Shown: positions 1-10,990 of the stretch, piece by piece
Numbering within the stretch: position 1 is the first letter of the stretch
Layout: each line of letters starts with the position of its first letter
Source of the DNA: Desulfobacterales bacterium
Lineage (GTDB): Bacteria > Desulfobacterota > Desulfobacteria > Desulfobacterales > UBA5852
Direction: 5' to 3'
Assembly: GCA_030066135.1 (NCBI GenBank)
Contig: JASJCD010000006.1
Location: 1-47,554, forward strand
DNA length: 47,554 bases
The notes under the pieces: generated by a model
Databases searched by the model: none
What the model was told of the DNA's origin: nothing
The model's input: only the letters and a program-made list of their open reading frames with translations
Program-made: the position numbers and the translations under genes

Positions 1-1337
1 TACTTTACCAGATTGATCATTTCTTCATCCAGCGACACACCGGAAACCGATTCCCGATAATTTTCAAGCTGGGTGACCATGGCGGACTCGTAGTCGTGAT
101 TGGCGGAAGCATTGCGGACATCGCTGCCGACACTGCCAACCAACGCACTGTAAAAATCGTTGAAGGTGGCCTGACCGCCGCTCATGGTGTTCTGTGTCTG
201 CAGCGCTGCAATGGCCACGGCATTGCGATTGTCGCCCGGTACGGTGGCGGCGGTGGTGGCGGCTGCAATACGGTTGACATCATTCAATATGTCAGGATTA
301 ACGGCCATGCTGGCCGCGGTGGTACCGCTGGCCACAAAAAAGTCCTGACCGGTTACGGGGGAACCGGACATCGGGTCGATTGTCAAACCGAAACCACTCT
401 GGTGCAGGGTGTTGACCTCGCTGACAATGGACTGGGCCAGGGTATCAAGACGGTTGAGATAGTCGGTGGCGTAAACGTCGCGCACATCGATCCAACCGTT
501 GAGTTTGCCGCCATTGATATTGCTGGTTATATCCGTCGGGGTGCCGTCCCGTTCCAGCCAAACCACATCCTGTAGTCCGGAAGCGTTGGTCTGGGTCCCC
601 AACTGCCAGGCATAGGGACTTTGCACCAGAGGCTTGCCACCTCCCACCAGAACCGTAACCTGTCCAACTTCGTTTTCAAAGGTGGTCACGTCGATCAGAC
701 CGGAGAGGTCCTTGAGCAGTAAATCGCGCTGATCGCGGTAGTCGTTGGAGTTCTGGCCTGCAACCTCGACCTGACTGATTTTGTGGTTTAAATCGGCGAT
801 CTGGGCCGCAATGCCATTGATCTCGCCAACCGTGCCACTGATGTTCGTATCGTAATCCTCCTGAATCTGACGAAGGTTGGTGGCCATGTTGTTGAAGGTA
901 CGCGCCAGGGTCTGGCTTTTGGAAGCCAGCACGGTGCGCTCTGAATAGCCGCCGGGGTTGTTGACCAGATCCTGCCAGGCCGACCAGAATTCACTCATGG
1001 ACTGATCCAGCCCGACCCCGCTGGTTTCATCGAAAACCAGTTCGATGCGCTGGAGAGCGCCCTCGGCAGCTTCCCATTGGCCAAGGTTCGTTGATTCACG
1101 ATTGATCTGCCCGCCAATGTATCGATCGTAGATACGCTCGATTTCAGCCGCCTTGACACCGGTACCCATCTGACCGGGCTCAAAAATAATCGGCGTATTG
1201 GGCTGCATAACGACCCGCTGGCGCGAATACCCCGGTGTGTTGACATTGGCGATATTCTGGCCGGTGACATCGATGGCCTTCTGCTGGGTCAGCAGCGATC
1301 TTGAGGCTGTGCTTAAGATTCCATAGATATCTGGCAT
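1..1337 (-). CDS. flgK: Flagellar hook-associated protein 1 FlgK, partial (the C-terminal end runs off the left edge)
   Basis: My own minus-strand translation from the ATG at 1337 gives MPDIYGILSTASRSLLTQQKAIDVTGQNIANVNTPGYSRQRVV..., a conserved flagellar axial-protein N-terminus. The frame stays open to base 1 (...SGVSLDEEMINLVK). It is absent from the ORF track because no stop lies in the window. A GAGGAG SD lies about 10 nt upstream, 20 nt after the cheB stop. Confidence 0.85.
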   Translation of the reverse strand, partial: MPDIYGILSTASRSLLTQQKAIDVTGQNIANVNTPGYSRQRVVMQPNTPIIFEPGQMGTGVKAAEIERIYDRYIGGQINRESTNLGQWEAAEGALQRIELVFDETSGVGLDQSMSEFWSAWQDLVNNPGGYSERTVLASKSQTLARTFNNMATNLRQIQEDYDTNISGTVGEINGIAAQIADLNHKISQVEVAGQNSNDYRDQRDLLLKDLSGLIDVTTFENEVGQVTVLVGGGKPLVQSPYAWQLGTQTNASGLQDVVWLERDGTPTDITSNINGGKLNGWIDVRDVYATDYLNRLDTLAQSIVSEVNTLHQSGFGLTIDPMSGSPVTGQDFFVASGTTAASMAVNPDILNDVNRIAAATTAATVPGDNRNAVAIAALQTQNTMSGGQATFNDFYSALVGSVGSDVRNASANHDYESAMVTQLENYRESVSGVSLDEEMINLVK

Positions 1338-1357
1338 GTCAACTCATCTCCTCGCTG

Positions 1358-2959
<1,602 letters not shown>

Positions 2960-2970
<11 letters not shown>

Positions 2971-3352
2971 TGCCATCTCCAATACCGGTAAGCGATCGAA
3001 TTGAATCCTTTATAATCTCCGGTGTAAATGGTTTGTGAATGAAGGTGATGCCTTTCTGCTGCAGCCTTTCAATCCGGGTTTCACTGCCCTCGGTGGAAAT
3101 CACAATGGTCGGAATGCCGGCGGTTTCCGGATCGGCCTTCATCTCGTCGATCATCTCTTCACCGTTCATGACAGGCATGTTGATGTCCGCGATGACCAGG
3201 TCGACCCAGTTGTCACGTGCAGCCTCCAGCCCTTCTTTGCCGTTGGCCGCTTGGTAGACGTCACCCAGATCGAGTCCGCTCATGCGAATCGTCTTTATAA
3301 TCATGGCCCGCATGACGCTGCTATCATCAACGACAAGCACATTAAGCGACAT
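2960..3352 (-). CDS. cheY: CheY-like single-domain response regulator
   Basis: 130 aa. Contains LVVDDSSVMR, DLVIADINMPVMNG, TIVISTEG and IHKPF, so the REC residues D/D, D, T and K are all present. Confidence 0.88.
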
Positions 3353-3376
3353 TTTATACCCCTCGCGCTATGTAAG

Positions 3377-4237
3377 TTAAGCGGTTTCCGAATTTATAAA
3401 TACATCGGCCAGGTCCCCCATTGTCTGGATAGTCTGACTGGCCAGTTTTTCAAGGTGAAACGGCTTGAGTCCCAGGCGCCGCGTGACCACCGGAGACGGT
3501 TGATACTGCAACCCTTCGCGGCCAACCCCGATGCCAAGCATCAAACAAAGCATATTGGCGACATGAACGATATCGGTACTCGGGTGAACCTCTTCGGCAT
3601 TCTCGGGGTTGTGATGCCAGCGCACGGCATGGACCAAGGCGTCAGGAAGCGCCCAATGCTCCAGAATACGCGCACCGACTTCGGCATGATCCGTTCCCAG
3701 AACCTCCTTTTCGGCGATTTCGAACGACACGCTGTTGCCGGCGGCTGCCGCCAGGGCGGCGTAGTCCTCATCAATAAACTGCCCCAGAACGAGTTTACCC
3801 ACATCGTGCAGCAAGGCCGCTGTAAATATATCATCGCCACTATCGAGATTCAGCTCGCGCACCAAGCCTTCGGCCGCCACCGAAACCGCAATCGAATGGC
3901 GCCACAACTCGCCTGCCGGGAGATCGTAGCCGGGAATATCCTTGTCCATGACAGCATTTACACATGATGCCATAATGAGCTGCTTTAACTTGTTTAATCC
4001 CAGCAGCATCACCGCCCGTTTTACCGAACCGACCTTGGCCGGGAGGCCGAAAAAGGCTGAGTTGGTCAATTTCAACACATTGGCGGTCAACCCCGGGTCT
4101 AAACGCAGAACCTCCTCGATTTCATCAATGGGGGCATCGGCCTGGTCTACCAATTCAAGCAGCCGAACGGCCGAGCCGGGTATGCTCGGAAAAGCATCGA
4201 CCTTATCCATTATTTTTGTGAGATAGTCTGCCTTCAT
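3377..4237 (-). CDS. HDOD domain protein
   Basis: Contains FPSIPGSAVRLLELV...DPGLTANVLKLTNSAFFG...LLHDVGKLVL...HAEVGARILEHWALP...AVRWHHNPE, a typical HDOD pattern. The ATG at 4237 overlaps the cheD stop as ATGA. Confidence 0.8.
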   Translation of the reverse strand: MKADYLTKIMDKVDAFPSIPGSAVRLLELVDQADAPIDEIEEVLRLDPGLTANVLKLTNSAFFGLPAKVGSVKRAVMLLGLNKLKQLIMASCVNAVMDKDIPGYDLPAGELWRHSIAVSVAAEGLVRELNLDSGDDIFTAALLHDVGKLVLGQFIDEDYAALAAAAGNSVSFEIAEKEVLGTDHAEVGARILEHWALPDALVHAVRWHHNPENAEEVHPSTDIVHVANMLCLMLGIGVGREGLQYQPSPVVTRRLGLKPFHLEKLASQTIQTMGDLADVFINSETA

Positions 4238-4716
4238 AAGGGGTTCACTGCTCCATTGCTGGAAATTTGAACTTCGCCGGTGGAAATGTCGAAATGCACG
4301 GTCCGACCCGAAGGTCCGCCCACATCGGAGGCTTCCAGAAGAACATTGTTTTTCCACAGGAGCTTTTTGAGGACCGTAAAATTGCGCTCACCGATCTTGA
4401 AAATTTCATTTTTGCCCAACGGTTGTCCACAGCCGGCGGCCTTGACCACCAGACGTTTCTTGTCACCGCCCAGCTTGTATATTTCCTTAAAAAGGTTGGG
4501 AACACCGGTATCGACGAACATGTAGGGATTGGCGGCCGCCTTTTCAGGGTTGATTTTGGACATCGGCAGCATGGCGTGCAGGAGGCCGCCCACCTGCGCC
4601 TGCGGGTCGTAGACCATCAACCCCAGGCAACTGCCGAGGGCATGTGTGACCAGGATATCACCTTTCTGGCCCAGTTTCATATCGGCAACAACGGCAACAT
4701 GTCTCATCAATATCAC
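4234..4716 (-). CDS. cheD: Chemoreceptor glutamine deamidase CheD
   Basis: 160 aa. Contains THALGSCLGLMVYDP...GGLLHAMLP...NPYMFVDTGVPNL and a C-terminal GRTVHFDISTGEV, which are CheD hallmarks. Confidence 0.9.
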   Translation of the reverse strand: MILMRHVAVVADMKLGQKGDILVTHALGSCLGLMVYDPQAQVGGLLHAMLPMSKINPEKAAANPYMFVDTGVPNLFKEIYKLGGDKKRLVVKAAGCGQPLGKNEIFKIGERNFTVLKKLLWKNNVLLEASDVGGPSGRTVHFDISTGEVQISSNGAVNPL

Positions 4717-4731
4717 CCAGAGTGGATCAAA

Positions 4732-5568
4732 TTACTTTTTTTTATAAACGGCTGGCCGCGTGTATTGGAACCGGTGCTTGATGCCCGAAAGACCTTCGGA
4801 GTGGCCCACAAACAGGTAGCCCCCGGGTTCCAGCAGATCCCAGAAACGGTTGATGAGTGTCTGCTGGGTCGGCCGATCGAAATAAATCATTACATTGCGA
4901 CAAAAAATGGCATCGAAGGGACCCTTCATCGGCCAGCGGTGCATAAGATTAAGCGCACCGAAGCGAATCATTTTCTTCAGATCGTCGCCCGCCTGGTAGG
5001 CGCTTTGGCCGGATCGCAGGTCGCGTTTGAAATACCGCTGCAGCAGGGGTTTCGGTATACCCGCCGTGCGGTCCTGCAAGTAGACCCCTTGACGGGCGAG
5101 CGCGAGCATTTCATTGGAGATGTCCGTTGCCAGGATGAGCACGTCGGCCCGATCGATGTGCGGAACCGCTTCCCGCAGGACCATGGCCATGGTATACGGC
5201 TCCTCACCGGACGAACAGGCAGCGCTCCAGAACCGCATACGCCGCGAACGGATGCCCGGGATGACCGTCTCGACCAGAAAGTCGAAATGAGCCGATTCCC
5301 TGAAAAAACTTGTTTTGTTGGTGGTCATCACGTCAATCAGGGTGCCGATCTCGCCATTGCCCTGATCCGAATCAAGGTAGACCATGTAGTCATCAATAGA
5401 TTTAAGCTTCAGGGCCCGCAGGCGTTTCATCAAGCGTGCCCGCACCAGCGCCTCTTTTCCCTTTTTGAGGCTGATGCCGCATTTGGCGTAAATCAATCGA
5501 CTGATGGCATCGAACTGCTGATGGTTTAATTCGGCTGTTATCAAACTCATCTTCCCGTCGGTCATCAT
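4732..5568 (-). CDS. cheR: Chemotaxis protein methyltransferase CheR
   Basis: Contains TNKTSFFRE...RFWSAACSSGEEPYTMAM...ILATDIS...IFCRNVMIYFD, the CheR SAM-methyltransferase motifs. The exact start is uncertain (GTG at 5571, or ATG at 5568 or 5565). Confidence 0.9.
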   Translation of the reverse strand: MMTDGKMSLITAELNHQQFDAISRLIYAKCGISLKKGKEALVRARLMKRLRALKLKSIDDYMVYLDSDQGNGEIGTLIDVMTTNKTSFFRESAHFDFLVETVIPGIRSRRMRFWSAACSSGEEPYTMAMVLREAVPHIDRADVLILATDISNEMLALARQGVYLQDRTAGIPKPLLQRYFKRDLRSGQSAYQAGDDLKKMIRFGALNLMHRWPMKGPFDAIFCRNVMIYFDRPTQQTLINRFWDLLEPGGYLFVGHSEGLSGIKHRFQYTRPAVYKKK

Positions 5569-5576
5569 CACTGCGG

Positions 5577-8372
5577 CTAGGCCGCTATCAGTGTTTCCGT
5601 TGCGCGCTTTTCAGCGCTGCCGCTGTCCGGGCTGCCCTCGTTGGCATATTTCAAGAGGCCGCCGACATCCAGAATGAGCCCCACGCGGCCGTTGGGCATG
5701 ATGGCACTGCCCGAAATGCCCGGTATATTGCGCATGGTTTCGCCCAGGGTCTTGATCACCACCTGCTGGCGTCCTAGCAACTCGTGAATTACCAGTCCGG
5801 CCTGGTGGTGTTCGTCCTCCACGATCACCACCAGACGATCGGTTTCCAGGTGTTCTTCCACCTCAAGATCGTAGAGCGCCGCCAGGCTCACCAGAGGGAT
5901 TAGCTTGCCCTGTACCGAGATCATCTCTCCCTTGCCGTAGACGGTGGAGATTTCACCATCCTCGGGTTTGATGGATTTCACGATCGAAACGGTCGGTATG
6001 ACATAGGTTTCCTGCCCGACCTGGACCACCATGCCATCGATGATGGCCAGTGTCAGCGGGAGGCTCATCTTGAAGGTGCTGCCCACACCTTTGACCGAAT
6101 TGATTTCAACCTGCCCCCGCAGTGATTCGATGTTCTTCTTGACCACGTCCATCCCCACGCCCCTTCCGGAAACGTCGGTGACTTCGGCGGCGGTGGAGAA
6201 GCCGGGTTCGAAGACCAGGTTGAAGATTTCACGGTCGCTCAGATTGGCGCCTTCGCTGATCAGCCCGTTGTCGAGGGCTTTTTTCAGGATGACATCCTTA
6301 TCGAGGCCCTTGCCGTTGTCCTGAATTTCAACCACCACGTTGCCCGCCGAATGATAGGCCGAGAGCTTGACCTCGCCCATTTCGGGTTTGCCGGCCGATA
6401 GCCGGTCGTCGGGCATTTCGATCCCGTGATCGACCGCATTGCGGATCATGTGCACCAGCGGGTCGTTGATAATATCCACCAGGTTGCGATCAATTTCGGT
6501 CTCTTCCCCTTCCGTCACCAGACTGACCTGTTTGCTCAGTTTCCGGGCCACATCACGCACGAGGCGGGTCATCTTGTTGAACGTCCCCTTCAGGGGAACC
6601 ATCCGCAGGGACATACTCATGTCCTGAAGCTCCCGCACGATCTTGCTGGTGTGGCCGATTTTCTTGACGAGGTCATGATTCTGTCCTTCGGTGACCACGT
6701 CGTCCTGCGCCACCATCGAATGGGCAATCACCAACTCGCCCACCATGTCGATCAGCCGGTCAAGACGCCGGGTACTGACCCGTACGGACGTGTCCACGAC
6801 GGCCTGGCCGCTTTTCATACGCTTCTGGGTCCGCAGAGCCTTACCGACGTCCTTGACGGAAGCCTTTTGCTCCTTGACCATCTTGACGCCCAGAGGAGCA
6901 TCCGTGGGTGCATTCATCGCGGACTCAACGGTTTCGCGGGTTGCGGTGCCCTGCGCCACCATGATGTCGCCCACGCGCGGCGATTCGATGGCCTCCTCGA
7001 CGTCCTCACGCGTCACTTTGCCCTGGGCCACCAGCAGATCACCGATTCGCGGCGGCGGGGCATCGTCCTGCGCTTCGGAGATGCCGGCCGCTTCCGGATC
7101 GGACAAGATTGTCATGAGCTCATTGTAGCCTTCGGGTTTGATTAGCGGTCCGCCGCCCAGGGCGTCCTGAACACGGCTTATCAGTTCCTTGAGCATATCC
7201 AGGGCACGCAGGGACAGGTCGGCATAGCCGCCGCTGTAACGGATTTCGCGATCGCGAACCCGGCTTAGCAGCGATTCGGCATGATGCCCCATGTCGGCAA
7301 TGATGGCCAATTCCAGAAAAGCCGAAGTCCCTTTTATCGTGTGAAAGGCCCGAAAGACCATGCCCACGGCGTCCATGTCTTCGGGATCGGTTTCTAATTT
7401 TAAAAGCGCTTCCTCGGCTTTATAGATAAGGTCGTTGCCTTCCTCGATAAATTCTCCGATCAATTCGAAATCGGGATCATCGGGCATATAATCGGCTTCA
7501 TCGGCGGCTTCCGCCGCATCGTCTTCAGGCTGAGATTCCTCTTGCCCTTCGTCTTTCAGGGGGGCCGCGACAGTCTCCACAGGATGGCCTTCGACGCCGC
7601 CGTTTTCTTCCGCATTTGATGTCACGTGTTCTTTCACATCCGGTTCCACGTGACCCGCATCGGGCGCAGATTCAACGGTGTCGGTCTTGTTGGCCCGCGG
7701 CTGTTTTTGGCCCTCATGGATCGACTGCATGGCCTGCTCGATCAGCTGACCGACCTTTTCAAACAACCCCTCCTCGGGGCTGTCATCGGATTCCAGCGCG
7801 TCCTTGACGGCCTGTGCGGCTGCGGAAAGGTAGCCGCGGACGTCCTCAGCATATGCCGGCATGGTCTTTAACTGGTCCAGGGCATCGCTTATGGCGGTCA
7901 GGTCGCTGCGATCGGCCACATCCGCCTGGATCAGGAGTGCGGCCATATCGTCCAGACTGTCGACCGTTCCGGCATGACTTTTATTCTCGGTGCCAACGGC
8001 CGCCGCTGACGGTTCGGCAATGGCGTCGGTGTCGGGCAGGAGGGCGGCAATCCGGTCCATGGCTTTCTGCGTCAGGACCTCACGGTCGGCCCCGTTGTTT
8101 AAATAGTGTTCGGCGGCCGAAAAACCGTCCGCAATGGCATCGATGGCGTCCAGATAATCCGTCAGTGCTTTTCCAGATATGGCTTGCACGCCCTGGCCGC
8201 AGCAACTGAGCAGGCCGACCAGGGGTTTCATCTGTTTGGGAATCTCTTTTACGACCTCGGCCACCTGCGTGGTCAATTTCTGCCAAGCGTCCCGATCGTT
8301 GAGGCTGTAACTGTCCAGCGCTTCGATAAACGTATTGAGAACAGGAATAACTTTGTCAGCTGTTTTGCTCAT
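5577..8372 (-). CDS. cheA: Chemotaxis histidine kinase CheA with a long N-terminal extension
   Basis: Contains an HPt box (FRAFHTIKGTSAFL), a dimerisation segment (VRVSTRRLDRLIDMVGELV), HATPase motifs (DHGIE, QDNGKGL, GRGVGMDVV) and a C-terminal CheW-like P5 domain. The ATG at 8372 (MSKTADKV) has GGTGGA 6 nt upstream. The ORF-track start at 8387 is a TTG. Confidence 0.92.
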   Translation of the reverse strand: MSKTADKVIPVLNTFIEALDSYSLNDRDAWQKLTTQVAEVVKEIPKQMKPLVGLLSCCGQGVQAISGKALTDYLDAIDAIADGFSAAEHYLNNGADREVLTQKAMDRIAALLPDTDAIAEPSAAAVGTENKSHAGTVDSLDDMAALLIQADVADRSDLTAISDALDQLKTMPAYAEDVRGYLSAAAQAVKDALESDDSPEEGLFEKVGQLIEQAMQSIHEGQKQPRANKTDTVESAPDAGHVEPDVKEHVTSNAEENGGVEGHPVETVAAPLKDEGQEESQPEDDAAEAADEADYMPDDPDFELIGEFIEEGNDLIYKAEEALLKLETDPEDMDAVGMVFRAFHTIKGTSAFLELAIIADMGHHAESLLSRVRDREIRYSGGYADLSLRALDMLKELISRVQDALGGGPLIKPEGYNELMTILSDPEAAGISEAQDDAPPPRIGDLLVAQGKVTREDVEEAIESPRVGDIMVAQGTATRETVESAMNAPTDAPLGVKMVKEQKASVKDVGKALRTQKRMKSGQAVVDTSVRVSTRRLDRLIDMVGELVIAHSMVAQDDVVTEGQNHDLVKKIGHTSKIVRELQDMSMSLRMVPLKGTFNKMTRLVRDVARKLSKQVSLVTEGEETEIDRNLVDIINDPLVHMIRNAVDHGIEMPDDRLSAGKPEMGEVKLSAYHSAGNVVVEIQDNGKGLDKDVILKKALDNGLISEGANLSDREIFNLVFEPGFSTAAEVTDVSGRGVGMDVVKKNIESLRGQVEINSVKGVGSTFKMSLPLTLAIIDGMVVQVGQETYVIPTVSIVKSIKPEDGEISTVYGKGEMISVQGKLIPLVSLAALYDLEVEEHLETDRLVVIVEDEHHQAGLVIHELLGRQQVVIKTLGETMRNIPGISGSAIMPNGRVGLILDVGGLLKYANEGSPDSGSAEKRATETLIAA

Positions 8373-8420
8373 TTGTTTCCACCACAAATCACATGATTGT
8401 CTATACGGTTGGTCTCAACT

Positions 8421-8933
8421 TTACGCCGCGCCGGACAGCATACGGCCCACCGGTCGGTCTTTTCCCATTCTGCCAGTGGAATGATAAACGAGTTCAGGAT
8501 CGATCAGGTTGGTAATCATCCGGATGGATCCATTGACGAACTGAAGGGCGTGTAAACAGAGGGAGCGGTTGCGTTCGGATGCCGCCTGAATGGCATCGAC
8601 CAGGGCTTTCAGATCGCGGCCGGCAGTGGCCAGTTCGGTGGCCCAGGGCTCATCGATCAGGGTGCACAGTCGGGAAATACACATACCGCCCGGGGCTTCG
8701 TGCAGCCGGACGGCGATTTGTTCGGTGGCATGGCGCCTCTTGACTTCCACCGTGCCGATATCCCGCAGGACGCGCTCCTTGTCAGCGACGATTATGTTCA
8801 GACGCTCCACGTCGGAGATCAGGATGGCTGATCGTTCCGCCGTAAAGAGATCCAGGAGCGACTGGTACAACTGCTGTTGCCGCTGGATGCTGTTTTTTAG
8901 CTCCTTCAACAATGATTCCATACCATTCTCCAA
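8421..8933 (-). CDS. flgN: FlgN-family flagellar export chaperone (probable)
   Basis: 170-aa helical protein (LLKELKNSIQRQQQLYQSLLDLFTAERSAIL...) immediately downstream of flgM. The position and composition fit FlgN. Confidence 0.6.
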   Translation of the reverse strand: MENGMESLLKELKNSIQRQQQLYQSLLDLFTAERSAILISDVERLNIIVADKERVLRDIGTVEVKRRHATEQIAVRLHEAPGGMCISRLCTLIDEPWATELATAGRDLKALVDAIQAASERNRSLCLHALQFVNGSIRMITNLIDPELVYHSTGRMGKDRPVGRMLSGAA

Positions 8934-8972
8934 GCGAACCGATCATTTCGGTGCGAACGCCCATCCGTGCGT

Positions 8973-9281
8973 TTAGAGGCCCGCGTTCAGCTGCATTTCC
9001 CCGAGCATGCGTTCGGCGATTTTACCGCCGTCAATCCTATAGGTCCCCTGCTCGATCTCCAGCTTGATATGCGCCACCCGGTGCGTATCGACGTCGGGCA
9101 CGCCCGCCAGCTCCATTTTGGCGTCCTGCAATTCGCGGGCCTTGGGAGAAAGGACCACTTTGTCGGTGGAAGCCCGCTCCTGGTCGGTACTGTTCGCCGC
9201 GACTGAATTGCTGGAAGAATCATGGGGCCTCTGGGTGTGCGCCTCGAAATTGATGTAGGCACTTTGTTCGTTGATTTTCAT
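8973..9281 (-). CDS. flgM: Anti-sigma-28 factor FlgM
   Basis: 102 aa. The C-terminal VVLSPKARELQ...VDTHRVAHIKLEIEQGTYRIDGGKIAERML matches the FlgM signature. Confidence 0.82.
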   Translation of the reverse strand: MKINEQSAYINFEAHTQRPHDSSSNSVAANSTDQERASTDKVVLSPKARELQDAKMELAGVPDVDTHRVAHIKLEIEQGTYRIDGGKIAERMLGEMQLNAGL

Positions 9282-9398
9282 TCTAAACCTCCAAAATGGC
9301 CGACCTTGTGTTTAGCATCCGGTCATACCTGAGAACTGAATGCTTCCCTGGCTTTACGGCGTGCGTGTTCTGTACGAGACTGGTCCGCCGCAAGGTGA

Positions 9399-9426
9399 TT
9401 ATCGGCCGTGCCAACTTGGAGCTTTA
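9399..9426 (-). promoter_or_regulatory. Sigma28 (FliA) promoter upstream of flgM
   Basis: The minus strand reads TAAAGCTCCAAGTTGGCACGGCCGATAA, that is TAAA-N16-GCCGATAA with a perfect -10. It lies about 118 nt upstream of the flgM ATG. Confidence 0.7.
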
Positions 9427-9443
9427 GGGCTTTGTGTCAATTA

Positions 9444-9803
9444 TCAATCATTTTCGACTTTTAGATCATCCATATACCTGACGATCTGCGCTTTCATGCG
9501 GGCCGACAAGCCCAGCCCGCCCTGAAGGGCCATATCCTGGGCCACTTTCTGATCCAGCATGGCGGTATAGATCTCCTCCGCCGATCCACCGTCGATCAGC
9601 CCTGATTTGGGTATGGAGGCCCGCATGGTTTGGAATAATTTCTGTACCAGCAAAGCTTCAAATTCAGCACAGGCCTTGTTGAGCCTTTTCTGATCCCGTG
9701 TGTGATCATCACCATGCTTCTCGATTGGCGGGCGATCTTTGGTTCGCGGGACGCTATGCTGGCGGGGTCCAATTTCCGACGAGGGGTTGGCTATGGCGCG
9801 CAT
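9444..9803 (-). CDS. flgJ: Rod-binding protein (FlgJ N-terminal domain only, no hydrolase domain)
   Basis: 119 aa. Contains ACAEFEALLVQKLFQTMRAS...YTAMLDQKVAQDMA, a rod-binding-domain pattern. The protein is too short to carry a muramidase domain. Confidence 0.72.
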   Translation of the reverse strand: MRAIANPSSEIGPRQHSVPRTKDRPPIEKHGDDHTRDQKRLNKACAEFEALLVQKLFQTMRASIPKSGLIDGGSAEEIYTAMLDQKVAQDMALQGGLGLSARMKAQIVRYMDDLKVEND

Positions 9804-9826
9804 GGATGTGGCGATCCTTTCGTCGA

Positions 9827-10957
9827 TTAGATGATTTCCAATTCGGCCTGAAGGGCACCCGCCGCTTTCAAGGCCTGGAAGATGGCGATCAGGTCACGCG
9901 GTGTAACCCCCAAAGCATTGAGCGCCCGGACGACTTCGCCAATGCTGACGCCGGATTCCACGAGGAACAGCGGGTTGGTCCCCTCTTCCACGATAATCTC
10001 CCGGTCGCTGGTGACGACGGTATCGCCGGTGCGCGAAAAGGGCAGCGGCTGGGAGACCCGATCGGTTTTATTGACCTGGATGCTTAGATTGCCGTGTGCA
10101 ATGGCAATGGTTGCAATGCGGACATTCTCGCCCATGATAACGGTCCCGGTCCGCTCGTTGATGATCACCTTGGAAATATTATCGGGGGTCACGCCGATGC
10201 CCTCGATGAGCGCCACCATTTCCACCGTGCGTCCTATGTACAGATCGGGAATCCGCACCTCCACCGTACCGGCATCCGCGGCTTTGGCCAGACTGTCGGC
10301 AAAAGCACTGTTGATGGCCATGGCCATCCGTGTTGCCGTGGTGAAGTCCGGTTTGTGCAACGCCAAGGTCAACGCTTCCCGGGTGTTGAAGCGCGTGCGG
10401 ATTTCCCTTTCAATGGTGGCACCGCCGACCACCCGGCCCGCGGTTGGAAAATTTTTCTGCACGCCGGTGCCGGTCCCCTTCCCATAGGAAAAACCGCCGG
10501 TGCTGACGGGGCCCTGGGCCATCGCATAGACCTGGCCGTCCACCCCCTTCATGGGGGTTAAAAGCAGGGTGCCGCCCTGGAGATTTTTAGCGTCCCCGAT
10601 CGAATTCACCAGGACGTCGATACGACTGCCGCTGCTTGCAAACGGCGGCAGATCCGCCGTCACCATAACGGCGGCCACGTTTTCGACTTTGATATCTTCA
10701 GGATCGACGGTTACGCCCATGCGCTCCAGCAAACTGGACAGCGACTGCTGGGTGAATTCCGATTTGGTGCTGTCACCTGAGCCGTCCAGCCCCACCACCA
10801 GGCCGTAGCCGACGAGTTGATTCTGGCGAACGCCGCGAAAATTGGCGATATCCTTTATGCGCGCGGCCTGCACCGGTGCCGGCGCCAGCTGCAGGCTGAC
10901 GAAGAGGCCCATCAACATACAGACCGTAAGATTTCGAAATCGTATGCGTGCAATCAT
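9827..10957 (-). CDS. flgI: Flagellar P-ring protein FlgI
   Basis: Signal peptide followed by RIKDIANFRGVRQNQLVGYGLVVGLDGSGD and a C-terminal ALKAAGALQAELEII. The ATG at 10957 follows the TTG at 10960. Confidence 0.93.
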   Translation of the reverse strand: MIARIRFRNLTVCMLMGLFVSLQLAPAPVQAARIKDIANFRGVRQNQLVGYGLVVGLDGSGDSTKSEFTQQSLSSLLERMGVTVDPEDIKVENVAAVMVTADLPPFASSGSRIDVLVNSIGDAKNLQGGTLLLTPMKGVDGQVYAMAQGPVSTGGFSYGKGTGTGVQKNFPTAGRVVGGATIEREIRTRFNTREALTLALHKPDFTTATRMAMAINSAFADSLAKAADAGTVEVRIPDLYIGRTVEMVALIEGIGVTPDNISKVIINERTGTVIMGENVRIATIAIAHGNLSIQVNKTDRVSQPLPFSRTGDTVVTSDREIIVEEGTNPLFLVESGVSIGEVVRALNALGVTPRDLIAIFQALKAAGALQAELEII

Positions 10958-10990
10958 CAATTAAATCCTCAAATCAAGGGCGAGCATGAC

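Noticed and set aside
96-575. A 159-aa plus-strand ORF at the left edge.
   Set aside because: It is antisense to the open flgK frame, whose translation carries clear axial-protein motifs.
4267-5529. A 420-aa plus-strand ORF. Similar long ORFs lie opposite known genes, for example 3035-3967, 19816-20757, 22360-23247, 31980-33050 and 35697-36629.
   Set aside because: They lie antisense to confidently identified che and flagellar genes. Their translations are Arg/Gly/His-rich and low-complexity with no motifs. These are typical shadow ORFs of GC-rich DNA.
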